Source: Bacillota bacterium
GTDB lineage: Bacteria; Bacillota; Clostridia; Lachnospirales; Lachnospiraceae
Assembly (NCBI GenBank): GCA_023458035.1
Contig: JAEXAX010000034.1
Span: 55,399 to 119,398 of the forward strand
Reading direction: 5' to 3'
Length of the DNA: 64,000 bases
In this document: positions 49,168 to 58,131 of the stretch, in pieces
Numbering within the stretch: position 1 is the stretch's first letter
Layout of the letters: each line of letters begins with the position of its first letter
The notes under the pieces: generated by a model
The model's database searches: none
What the model saw: the letters and a program-made list of their open reading frames with translations, nothing else
What the model was told of the DNA's origin: nothing
Position numbers and translations under genes: made by a program

Positions 49168-49483
49168 TTGGCACCGTTTCTGGCCGGTACTGAGGCCAGC
49201 GGCCTGTTTGAGGCCAGACTTGGTCGGGAGGAGTTTTCGGACGGTGAGGTTCATGTTTTCTGCGGGGCATACCGCGAGTCGGAGTTTGCCGAGGTGCTGA
49301 CATATGCCGATCACATCGTTTTCAACAGTCCGACCCAGCTGAAGCGGTTTGGGGCCAAAGCGAAGGCGGACGGCAAAAGCATTGGCCTGCGCATCAACCC
49401 GCAGCATTCCACCCAGGACGGACATGATATTTATGATCCATGTGCCCCGGGCAGTCGTCTGGGGACCACCAGGGAACGTTTTG
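49168..49483 (+). pseudogene. nspC: Carboxynorspermidine decarboxylase, 5' internal part (lacks its own N-terminus; truncated on the 3' side by the element insertion)
   Basis: ...GTEASGLFEARLGREEF...ADHIVFNSPTQL...GLRINPQHS...YDPCAPGSRLGTT RERF. Confidence 0.6.
49469..49483. repeat. Left copy of the 15-bp direct repeat CCAGGGAACGTTTTG flanking the inserted element
   Basis: Identical 15-mer at 53057-53071. Removing one copy plus the element (3588 bp) restores the nspC reading frame. Confidence 0.85.
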
Positions 49484-49611
49484 TCAAGTACCTTTTGATG
49501 TTTATGGACGATTTTTTGAAAATCGAGCAACAAAAAACAGCAAACCCATTTTGATTTACTGTTTCTCAAATTGTTATATTCAATTAAACAAACCGGGATT
49601 TAGCATCTGTT

Positions 49612-50316
49612 TCAGCTAAAATTTTTGATTTTTGTCTCAATCTCTTGTGCCAATAACTTTGCAGTGGTTGAACTAAAATGTGCTCCGTCCACAGTCTGAT
49701 TCAACCCTCTCATGCTTGCAAACCATTCTTTACTCTTGGGAAATAAAGTCATTACCATAGCATCGGTTATCCTCGTTAAAAAACTCCACTTCCAGCTATA
49801 CGCTTTCCTTTCTTTTGGTAAGGTATCCATCTGTAATTTGTAAATATCAATAAAATCAAATCCATACTTCTCGCATAGAAGCATTATTTTTTGGTTTCTT
49901 CTAATTATAATATCATTAGGAAACTCATTTAAATTTATATATGGCATTCCGATTATAATAGCTTTTTTACCGTTTGAAATTATCACATTCATTAAAGTTT
50001 CGAACCTACTTAAAAACTCTAAATCATCCTCTATACATTTTTTGATTTTACATCGAATAGACATTTGGAGTTTCCAATAAAAATCAACCTTTTTAAGATA
50101 GGGAAGCAATGTATCATTTGTTCCAATGCCAAGAATAACAAAATCAAAATCATTACCATGATTCTTGAAAATCTTTTCCAGACGATTACTTACTCCCCAC
50201 AAAGTATCCCCATTTAACCCTTTATTGATTGTTACTATATTTTTAGATAAAAATGAAACATAAGAATATCCCACGTTTCCATATGTTAAACTATCTCCAA
50301 TACATAAAATTTTCAC
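49612..50316 (-). CDS. SGNH/GDSL-family hydrolase
   Basis: N-terminal block ILCIGDSLTYGN, then GxND (LGIGTNDT). C-terminal DGAHFS resembles the DxxH catalytic block. Confidence 0.75.
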   Translation of the reverse strand: MKILCIGDSLTYGNVGYSYVSFLSKNIVTINKGLNGDTLWGVSNRLEKIFKNHGNDFDFVILGIGTNDTLLPYLKKVDFYWKLQMSIRCKIKKCIEDDLEFLSRFETLMNVIISNGKKAIIIGMPYINLNEFPNDIIIRRNQKIMLLCEKYGFDFIDIYKLQMDTLPKERKAYSWKWSFLTRITDAMVMTLFPKSKEWFASMRGLNQTVDGAHFSSTTAKLLAQEIETKIKNFS

Positions 50317-50388
50317 TACTATCTCCTATATAAATTCTAATTTGTTTTACTCGCTGTTTGTAATATTATACAATATTTTCAATTAGTT

Positions 50389-51849
50389 TTACAGGTCTAA
50401 TTCTTGTTTCTTTGCCTGTGTTATTTCTCTGTTTTCTTGTTGTAATTTCTCTATACAGCTTCTTACACTTTCAGCTTGTTCAACCTCTTTTCGTATATCT
50501 ATAATTTGAGAATACAGACTGTCTTTTTCTTTCTTAAAGGCTGTTACTTCCGATTTCCATTTGGATATATTTAAGGACTTGCTTTCTCCTAAATGTTCTT
50601 TCAAATATTTCTTCGCACTTTCAAATAAAATAATCTCTGCGGTATGCTCGTTGTAAAAATCTTCCTGTTTGCGTTTCTTTAATTTAGCATAGGCTTTGTA
50701 GGTATCTTTATGTTTCAAATACTTTTCTGCTTGGTCAACAAGTTTAATTTTATCATCAATGCTCTTCTCGGTGTTTTTGATAGTTCTTGTAGTCGTATAG
50801 GTCTTATCTCGTAATGTCGATATGCTTTCTTTCAGTTCTGATAGGGAGGTGGTATTTTTCTCTTTTAGGTACTCATAGCTTTCAATATACTCTTCTAAGT
50901 CTGCGTTATTCTTATCTGCATTTTTACGGATAAGATTTTCAAAGACGGATAGCAGATTTTCTTTAGGTGGGAGGGTGGATTTGAGATTATCAGTTTCTAC
51001 TTTTTCCTCTTTTCCAGTTTCCCCTATCCAATTTAGCAAGGCTTTTATTCTTCTTGCTATTTCTCTTAATATCTTGTTTTGATGTTTGATTTCTCGGTTG
51101 ATGTTTCCTCTGTCGGTGGTTATGCCTTTCTTTTCCATTTGACTTGCCGATACTCCTAAATGAATGGTCGGTATTTGCTTTATGCCTTGCCTTTGAAAAG
51201 AACGGTGATCCACTTTTTCCTGTATATTGTTTTCTTCCAAATATTTGTTGGTAATATCTGCCCATGCTTTTCGCCACTCTTCTGCTTTTTCTTGCTCATT
51301 CCAATCGACTGTATTGATTTTTTTGGTTTTGTAATTTCCGTTTTTGAGTTTTACTTTTTCTCCGTTTTCATCAAGGATATATTCTTTTTTTGATTTTGCT
51401 CCCCATGTTGTATCTTCGTTGAACGGTCGCATGGTAAGTAAGATATGAGCGTGTGGGTTTTCGTCATTTTTATCGTGTAGGGCAATATCGGCACACATAC
51501 CGACATTTACAAAATTTTCTTTTACATATTCCCTAACAAGTTCTATCTGTTTTTCTCGGTCTAATTCTTGGGGTAGGGCAATTTCTATTTCTCTTGCAAG
51601 CTGTGAGTTTTTACTTTTTTCGATTTTCTCCACGCTATTCCATAATGTTCCCCTGTCCGAAAACTCCTGTGGTGCGTTTTGAGGTAATAGAATTTCGGTA
51701 TGGGATATTCCTCCTTTTCTTGTAAAGTCATGGACTATGCCGTCATATTCGTTTTTTATCTTCTCGCCACTTCGATAGGCGGAAGCTGCAACTGCACTTT
51801 TGCCTTTGCCTCTTGAGATAATTTTGATACTGAGATGATATATTGCCAT
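50389..51849 (-). CDS. MobA/MobL (MOBQ-type) relaxase
   Basis: MAIYHLSIKIISRGKGKSAVAASAYRSGEK (catalytic Tyr region) and the HDKNDENPHAHILL histidine triad. Coiled-coil C-terminus. Confidence 0.85.
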   Translation of the reverse strand: MAIYHLSIKIISRGKGKSAVAASAYRSGEKIKNEYDGIVHDFTRKGGISHTEILLPQNAPQEFSDRGTLWNSVEKIEKSKNSQLAREIEIALPQELDREKQIELVREYVKENFVNVGMCADIALHDKNDENPHAHILLTMRPFNEDTTWGAKSKKEYILDENGEKVKLKNGNYKTKKINTVDWNEQEKAEEWRKAWADITNKYLEENNIQEKVDHRSFQRQGIKQIPTIHLGVSASQMEKKGITTDRGNINREIKHQNKILREIARRIKALLNWIGETGKEEKVETDNLKSTLPPKENLLSVFENLIRKNADKNNADLEEYIESYEYLKEKNTTSLSELKESISTLRDKTYTTTRTIKNTEKSIDDKIKLVDQAEKYLKHKDTYKAYAKLKKRKQEDFYNEHTAEIILFESAKKYLKEHLGESKSLNISKWKSEVTAFKKEKDSLYSQIIDIRKEVEQAESVRSCIEKLQQENREITQAKKQELDL

Positions 51850-51926
51850 AAGAGAACACCTCCTCTCTTTTTCTGATACTTTGATGTGGCGATGGATAAG
51901 ACTTCCTAAAAAAATCGGATTGCTTT

Positions 51927-52997
51927 TTATCCGATTTCTTTTGGGAAGTACACAAGGGGTACCTTATTGTTCTTGTGTATGGTGCGTATGTGCATTTTTG
52001 TACCGCAATCTTTACAGTACATCAGTCCCGATAATGGGTGGATTTCTCCATCTCCGTTCGGTCTTTTTACCGGTGCATTTTTTAATATCCGTTGTACATT
52101 TTCATAGGTACTTCTATCTATGATTGGCTCGTGTACATCAGGGATTATTTGCCACTTGTCTTTATCTACATAATGGTTTCGCTTATCTTTATAATGCTTT
52201 TCAGTTTTGAAGTTGACTACATCGCCACAATACTCCTGTCTTTTCAGTATGCGTGTTAAGGTTGCTTTGTTCCAGTTATAGCGATTTTCTTCATTCAGCT
52301 TTCTGTTTTTCGCCGTTCCTCTGTCTTGCTGTTTCATATAAAAGGTTGGGGTTAGTATTTCTTTATCTTTCAAGTAAACAGCTATCTGATTGCGATTTTT
52401 CCCCACCATAAAGAGTGTAAAAATGAGTTTTACGACTTCGGCAGCTTCTTTATCGATGATCCAATAATCTTTGTTGCTTGGGTCTTTGATATAGCCGTAT
52501 GGGGCTTCTGTTGCGACAGGCTTTCCGCTTGCTCCTTTGGTCTTAATGCCTGTTGTTACTTTCTTGCTGATGTCCCTTGCATACCACTCGGACATAATAT
52601 TGATAAAGGGAGCAAATTCCAATGTATTTTGGTCTTGGCTGTCGATACCGTTATTGATAGCAATAAAGCGTACATTGTTTCTTCTGAATATCTCCATAGC
52701 GTTCCCAACTTGAAGATAATCTCGTCCCCATCTTGTCATATCTTTCATAATGACTATGCCGATTTTTCCGCTCTCCACATCGCTTATCATCTGTGTGTAA
52801 GCACTACGGTCAAAGAAGCGACCGCTTTCATCATCGTCGATATAGTGGCGAATGTTCATCAGCTTATGCTGTTTTGCATACCGTTCTAAGAATGCCTTTT
52901 GATTTACGATACTGTTGCTCTCGCCACCGTCCCTATCCTCATCACCAACTGAAAGGCGGGAGTATAGCGCAGTGATTTTGGTTGCATATTCCATCAT
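51927..52997 (-). CDS. Large serine recombinase, apparently truncated at the C-terminus (356 aa; ends inside the zinc-ribbon region)
   Basis: Resolvase catalytic domain (ALYSRLSVGDEDRD..ESNSI..Q), recombinase domain, and the first half of the zinc ribbon (YCKDCGTKMH). No coiled-coil or C-terminal region. Confidence 0.75.
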   Translation of the reverse strand: MMEYATKITALYSRLSVGDEDRDGGESNSIVNQKAFLERYAKQHKLMNIRHYIDDDESGRFFDRSAYTQMISDVESGKIGIVIMKDMTRWGRDYLQVGNAMEIFRRNNVRFIAINNGIDSQDQNTLEFAPFINIMSEWYARDISKKVTTGIKTKGASGKPVATEAPYGYIKDPSNKDYWIIDKEAAEVVKLIFTLFMVGKNRNQIAVYLKDKEILTPTFYMKQQDRGTAKNRKLNEENRYNWNKATLTRILKRQEYCGDVVNFKTEKHYKDKRNHYVDKDKWQIIPDVHEPIIDRSTYENVQRILKNAPVKRPNGDGEIHPLSGLMYCKDCGTKMHIRTIHKNNKVPLVYFPKEIG

Positions 52998-53056
52998 GGC
53001 GTTATCCTCCTTTTTTGTGTCTATATATCACTCCTGTTCAGTTAATATTATGCAAC

Positions 53057-53793
53057 CCAGGGAACGTTTTGATGCCTGCATGACAGAGGAGCTGATCGAC
53101 CTGTTGGACGGCCTGCATTTTCATACTCTGTGCGAGCAAAATACAGATGCGCTGCTGACCACATGGGCGGCAGTTGAGAGGCGATTTGGTGATATACTGC
53201 CTAAGCTTCGTTGGATCAATATGGGTGGCGGTCATCATATCACCAGAGCGGATTATGACAAAGAAAGTCTGATCGGCTTGATCCGCCGGGTGCGTGAACG
53301 CTGGAACGTAGAGGTCTATCTGGAGCCTGGCGAGGCCGTGGCCTTAAACGCCGGCTATTTTCTGACCAGGGTGCTGGACGTGGTGTATAATGAGGACGCG
53401 GCTATCGCCGTGTTGGATGCTTCGGCGGCTTGTCATATGCCGGATGTGTTGGAGATGCCGTATCAGCCACCGCTATTGGATGCAGTGAAGGCCGGTTTTG
53501 CACCGCTGCCCGGGAAGGGAGCGGAGGGCTATACCTATATCCTTGGCGGGCCGACCTGCTTGTCCGGTGATGTGATGGGAGCATATACCTTCCCACGGGT
53601 ATTGAATGAGGGTGATCTGTTGATTTTCGGGGATATGGCCATCTATACAACCTGTAAAAACAATACCTTTAACGGCATGCCGCTGCCGTCTATTTATCAA
53701 CTGACACAGACCGGAGACTGCCGTTTGCTGAAGGCATTCGGTTATGAGGATTTTCGCGCGCGCCTCGGCACTAACAGGACTGCAGCCAGATAA
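53057..53793 (+). pseudogene. nspC: Carboxynorspermidine decarboxylase, 3' part
   Basis: RERFDACMTEELIDLLDGLHFHTLCEQ...INMGGGHHIT...LEPGEAVA...GGPTCLSGDV. The frame is continuous with 49168-49483 once the element is removed. Confidence 0.7.
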
Positions 53794-53913
53794 AGCCCGA
53801 TAAAGACTGACTTGCCGTTGCAAAACGGATGCGGATGCGGTATCATCATAATGTTAAGGATAAATACCATAGTCTGTATACAGGGTGCAGGCGGTACTGT
53901 CAAGGAGGAGAAA

Positions 53914-55914
53914 ATGAGCTCTGAGTTCAAGGAGAGAATGGAACAGACTTTATCGGAGTCGGCTCAGGATCACAGAAGGATCGATCATTGGAAAATCATT
54001 TCAATCTTACTGATGGTCTATGATTTTATTGCTATATTTCTGGCCTACTTTTTGGCCTTGTGGATTCGCTTTGATGCGCAGTTTCAAAAGATACCGTATT
54101 ATTATATCGAAAAGAATATGGTTTGGCTGCCGCTGTTTGCGCTGATTTGCATCTTCATTTTCTGGCGGATGCGTCTGTATAACAGTATGTGGCGCTTTGC
54201 CAGCTACTCTGAATTGATTCGTATGGGCATCTCGACGATTATCGCCCTGGTGGTCAATGTATCGGTCACCATGCTTTGGATTCGGCGTATGCCCATCACC
54301 TACTATGTGCTGGGAATCATTCTACAGTTCGGTGCGACAATGGGTATTCGTTTTTCCTACCGCTTTTTGTTATTGATCAAGGGGCGGGTAACCACGGATG
54401 AGCGTGAATACCACAAACGTGTGATGCTGGTCGGTGCCGGCGCGGCCGGTCAGATGGTGATCCGAAATATTCTCGGCACTCCGGAAAACAATGAGAAGCT
54501 GTGCTGTATCATTGACGACAATCGTAATAAATGGGGGCGTTATATTGATGGTGTGCCGATCGTCGGAGGCCGAAATTCAATCATCGAAAGCTGTAAGAAG
54601 TATGGCATCGAAAAGATTTATATTGCCATTCCGAGCGCCAGCCTGCCAAATAAAAAAGAGGTTTTAAACATCTGTAAGGAAACCGGCTGTAAGCTGAAGA
54701 ATATGCCGGATATGTCCCAGGTGTTGACCGGAAATGTAACGGCATCCATGAAGGATGTCGGCGTTGAGGATCTGCTCGGCCGTGATCCGATCGTTGTGAA
54801 TATGGAAGAGATCGGGGGTCAGATCAAGGATAAGGTTATCCTGGTAACGGGCGGCGGAGGTTCCATCGGTTCAGAGCTATGTCGTCAGATTGCCAAATTG
54901 AAGCCGAAGCAGTTGATTATTTTTGATATTTACGAAAACAATGCTTATGATATTCAGCTGGAATTAAAGCGCAAATATCCGCAGCTTGACCTGGTTACAC
55001 TGATCGGTTCGGTGCGTGACAGCCGTCGTATCATGTCGGTATTTAGCACATATCATCCGGACATTGTTTATCATGCGGCGGCCCATAAGCATGTGCCGCT
55101 GATGGAGGATAGCCCCTGCGAGTCGATCAAGAATAATGTCATCGGTACCTATAAGACAGCGTATGCGGCTGTAGCCAACGGCTGTTCAAAATTTGTCCTG
55201 ATCAGTACCGATAAGGCGGTTAATCCGACCAATATCATGGGGGCATCAAAGCGACTTTGCGAAATGATTATTCAGTCGTTTGACAGTAAGGTGAAGAAAG
55301 GTGAGGAGGAGCAGATCCCCTTCCTGTTCACCCATATGAGTCGGGAAGATACCGAACTTAAACCGGAGTGGCGGAAGCAGCCGAAGTGCAAGACCGAGTT
55401 TGTGGCTGTGCGTTTCGGTAATGTATTGGGCAGTAACGGTTCCGTTATCCCGTTATTTAAGAAACAGATCCTGGCCGGCGGCCCGGTGACCGTTACCCAT
55501 AAGGATATCATCCGCTACTTTATGACCATTCCGGAGGCGGTCAGTCTGGTGCTGCAGGCCGGCTGTTTTGCCGGAGGCGGAGAAATCTTCGTATTGGATA
55601 TGGGTGAACCGGTTCCCATCGATATGCTGGCTCGAAACCTGATCAAGCTGTCCGGTTATAAGCCGGATGTGGATATCAAGATCGAATATACCGGTCTTCG
55701 GCCGGGTGAAAAGCTGTATGAGGAGAAGCTGATGGCTGAGGAGGGTATCCGCAAGACTGACAATAATCTGATCCACATCGGCATGCCGATCGAATTTGAT
55801 ACAGAGGAATTCCTGTTAGGGTTAAGAGGGCTGCTTGAAGTGGCCAATGCTAACGGAGATATCATTCCATGCGTAGAAAAGATGGTCAGCACCTATCACC
55901 CGATACGCGGCTGA
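53914..55914 (+). CDS. Membrane-anchored polysaccharide biosynthesis protein, CapD/PglF-like NDP-sugar 4,6-dehydratase
   Basis: Four N-terminal TM segments. Rossmann motifs VGAGAAG and VTGGGGSIGSEL. YxxxK region (AAAHKHV). Confidence 0.85.
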   Translation: MSSEFKERMEQTLSESAQDHRRIDHWKIISILLMVYDFIAIFLAYFLALWIRFDAQFQKIPYYYIEKNMVWLPLFALICIFIFWRMRLYNSMWRFASYSELIRMGISTIIALVVNVSVTMLWIRRMPITYYVLGIILQFGATMGIRFSYRFLLLIKGRVTTDEREYHKRVMLVGAGAAGQMVIRNILGTPENNEKLCCIIDDNRNKWGRYIDGVPIVGGRNSIIESCKKYGIEKIYIAIPSASLPNKKEVLNICKETGCKLKNMPDMSQVLTGNVTASMKDVGVEDLLGRDPIVVNMEEIGGQIKDKVILVTGGGGSIGSELCRQIAKLKPKQLIIFDIYENNAYDIQLELKRKYPQLDLVTLIGSVRDSRRIMSVFSTYHPDIVYHAAAHKHVPLMEDSPCESIKNNVIGTYKTAYAAVANGCSKFVLISTDKAVNPTNIMGASKRLCEMIIQSFDSKVKKGEEEQIPFLFTHMSREDTELKPEWRKQPKCKTEFVAVRFGNVLGSNGSVIPLFKKQILAGGPVTVTHKDIIRYFMTIPEAVSLVLQAGCFAGGGEIFVLDMGEPVPIDMLARNLIKLSGYKPDVDIKIEYTGLRPGEKLYEEKLMAEEGIRKTDNNLIHIGMPIEFDTEEFLLGLRGLLEVANANGDIIPCVEKMVSTYHPIRG

Positions 55915-55961
55915 TCGGCAGTCGGATAAGACGGATGTGTTTAAGAAAGAAGGTATAAAGT

Positions 55962-57173
55962 ATGAAGGTAGCATTTTCACCGCCGGACATCACCGAGAGT
56001 GAGATCGCGGAAGTGGCGGATGCCCTTCGATCCGGTTGGATCACCACCGGACCGAAGGTAAAGGAGTTGGAGCGTCAGGTAGCGGCTTACTGCGGTACCG
56101 AAATGGCTGTTTGTTTAAATTCGCAGACCGCCTGTGCCGAAATGGCCCTGCGTCTTTTGGAGATCGGCGAGGGCGATGAGGTTCTGGTGCCGGCCTATAC
56201 ATATACGGCTTCGGCCTCAGTGATCTGCCACGTCGGTGCGACTCCGATTATGATTGACTGCCAGGAGCATTCGTTGGAAATGGATTATGATCAGGCGGCA
56301 GCGGCCATCAATGAGAGGACCAAAGCCATTATCCCGGTCGATCTGGCCGGTATCCCCTGCGATTATGAGCGCATTATGGCCATCGTGGAAGAAAAGAAGG
56401 AATTGTTTCGTCCGCAGGGCAAATTGCAGCAGGCGATCGGACGAATCGCGATCTGCGCGGATGCGGCTCATTCCTTTGGGGCCTCGGTGGGGGCAAAAAA
56501 AACCGGCAGTCAGGCTGATTTTTCAAGCTTCAGTTTCCATGCGGTAAAGAATTTTACCACTGCCGAAGGCGGCGCGCTGACATGGAAGCCGATTGCCGGA
56601 ATAGAAGATGCCGACCTATATAGGCAGCTGCAGTTATTTTCACTGCACGGACAGTCAAAGGATGCTCTGGCCAAGACCCAACTCGGCGCCTGGGAATATG
56701 ATATCGTCGGACCCTGGTACAAATGTAATCTGACAGATGTGGCGGCCGGGATCGGTCTGGCCCAGATGAAACGATACGAAGGACTGCTGGCCAGACGTAA
56801 GGAAATAATCGGGCGTTATGATGCTGCCTTCAGAGCTGCCGGAATGGAAACCCTGGAGCATTATACAGACGCTTATCAGTCCTCCGGCCACCTGTATATC
56901 GTGCGCGTGCCGGGCATCTCTGTGGAGCAGAGAAATGACATAATCATTCGTATGGCCGAAGCCGGTATTGCCTGCAACGTACACTATAAGCCTCTGCCGA
57001 TGATGACTGCGTATCAGAAGTTGGGCTTTACGATCGGCAATTATCCGAATGCCTATGCCCATTATGCCAATGCGGTCAGTCTGCCGCTTCATACAAAGCT
57101 GACAGACGAAGAGATTGTTTATGTGATCGAGAATTTTCTGCGCATCACAGAGGCCTATCGTCAGGCGGAATAG
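55962..57173 (+). CDS. DegT/DnrJ/EryC1/StrS-family PLP-dependent sugar aminotransferase
   Basis: Family pattern with the PLP-lysine motif SFSFHAVKNFTTAEGG. Confidence 0.85.
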   Translation: MKVAFSPPDITESEIAEVADALRSGWITTGPKVKELERQVAAYCGTEMAVCLNSQTACAEMALRLLEIGEGDEVLVPAYTYTASASVICHVGATPIMIDCQEHSLEMDYDQAAAAINERTKAIIPVDLAGIPCDYERIMAIVEEKKELFRPQGKLQQAIGRIAICADAAHSFGASVGAKKTGSQADFSSFSFHAVKNFTTAEGGALTWKPIAGIEDADLYRQLQLFSLHGQSKDALAKTQLGAWEYDIVGPWYKCNLTDVAAGIGLAQMKRYEGLLARRKEIIGRYDAAFRAAGMETLEHYTDAYQSSGHLYIVRVPGISVEQRNDIIIRMAEAGIACNVHYKPLPMMTAYQKLGFTIGNYPNAYAHYANAVSLPLHTKLTDEEIVYVIENFLRITEAYRQAE

Positions 57174-57181
57174 GGGGAGCC

Positions 57182-57865
57182 ATGTTACGAAAATGGAAGG
57201 ATCTGCCGCCTGAAATGCAAACTGAGGCGGTCAGACCGTATTATGAGATCCTGAAAAGAAAGAGTGTCAGCCTGCAGTTGAAACGTCTCTTTGATGTGGT
57301 CTTCGGTTGTTTACTGTTGGCTGTGGTTTCGCCGATCCTGCTGATTATTTCTATACTCATCGTCACTGATTCGAGAGGCGGCGTTTTTTACCGTCAAGAG
57401 CGGGTGACCAGTTATAATAGGGTGTTCCGGATCTTTAAATTTCGCACTATGGTGGCCAATGCCGATCGTATCGGCAGTCAGGTCACAGTGAATCATGACA
57501 GCCGTATCACCAAGGTCGGTCATGTGTTGCGCAAGTACCGATTGGATGAACTGCCACAGCTGTTAAATATCATTGCCGGCGATATGAGCTTTGTCGGAAC
57601 CAGACCGGAAAGTGTATACTATGTAAAGGCCTATACGCCTCAGATGTATGCCACACTGCTGTTGCCGGCCGGCGTTACCAGCCTGGCCAGCATCACCTAT
57701 AAGGACGAGGCCAAACTATTGGAGCAGGCGGATGATGTAGACGAGGTTTATATCAAGACCATCCTGCCGGCCAAGATGGCTTATAATCTAAAGAGCATCC
57801 GCCGGTTCAGTTTGTTATCGGAGTTCGGCGTGATGATCAAAACCGTGTTTGCGGTATTACACTAA
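57182..57865 (+). CDS. Undecaprenyl-phosphate sugar phosphotransferase (small PglC/WbaP C-terminal type)
   Basis: One TM, then KFRTM...DELPQLLNIIAGDMSFVGTRPE (bacterial sugar transferase motif). Confidence 0.85.
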   Translation: MLRKWKDLPPEMQTEAVRPYYEILKRKSVSLQLKRLFDVVFGCLLLAVVSPILLIISILIVTDSRGGVFYRQERVTSYNRVFRIFKFRTMVANADRIGSQVTVNHDSRITKVGHVLRKYRLDELPQLLNIIAGDMSFVGTRPESVYYVKAYTPQMYATLLLPAGVTSLASITYKDEAKLLEQADDVDEVYIKTILPAKMAYNLKSIRRFSLLSEFGVMIKTVFAVLH

Positions 57866-58062
57866 GTTTCAAGTCGCTGTGTTTTCATCATGCAGCGGTC
57901 ATAAGAGAGAGTCGGGAGAGCTCGGACGGGCTTTTCCGACATCAGACTCTCGCTATCTTATTTATCTATACAAGCTTATACGTTCTATCTTTAAAGAATC
58001 ATCATTCGTGTTTCCGCGAAGTATATCCGATTGAAATTGTATGAATTTCATAGCAGCTGTCA

Positions 58063-58090
58063 GGATCGCTGTAACAGCGACCGTTTTTTG
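58063..58090 (+). terminator. Rho-independent terminator
   Basis: TCGCTG-taa-CAGCGA hairpin followed by CCGTTTTTTG. Confidence 0.5.
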
Positions 58091-58131
58091 CGTACAAAGG
58101 GGCTTATTTGTGTACCCGGAAAGGAAGAAAT

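Larger units (their letters stand above)
49484..53056 (-). mobile_element. ~3.6-kb AT-rich integrative mobilisable element (serine recombinase, MobA/MobL relaxase, SGNH hydrolase cargo) inserted in nspC
   Basis: Sharp GC drop, flanking 15-bp direct repeat, split target gene, and mobility genes on the minus strand. Confidence 0.8.

Noticed and set aside
48979-49569. 196-aa minus-strand ORF opposite the speA'/nspC chimera.
   Set aside because: It is a shadow ORF of the plus-strand coding sequence, with no motifs.
52915-53056. N-terminal 47 residues of ORF 52915..53793 (MLSPPSLSSSPTERREYSAVILV...).
   Set aside because: This is read-through of the antisense strand of the recombinase gene and the element end. 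Genuine NspC sequence starts at the direct repeat (53057).
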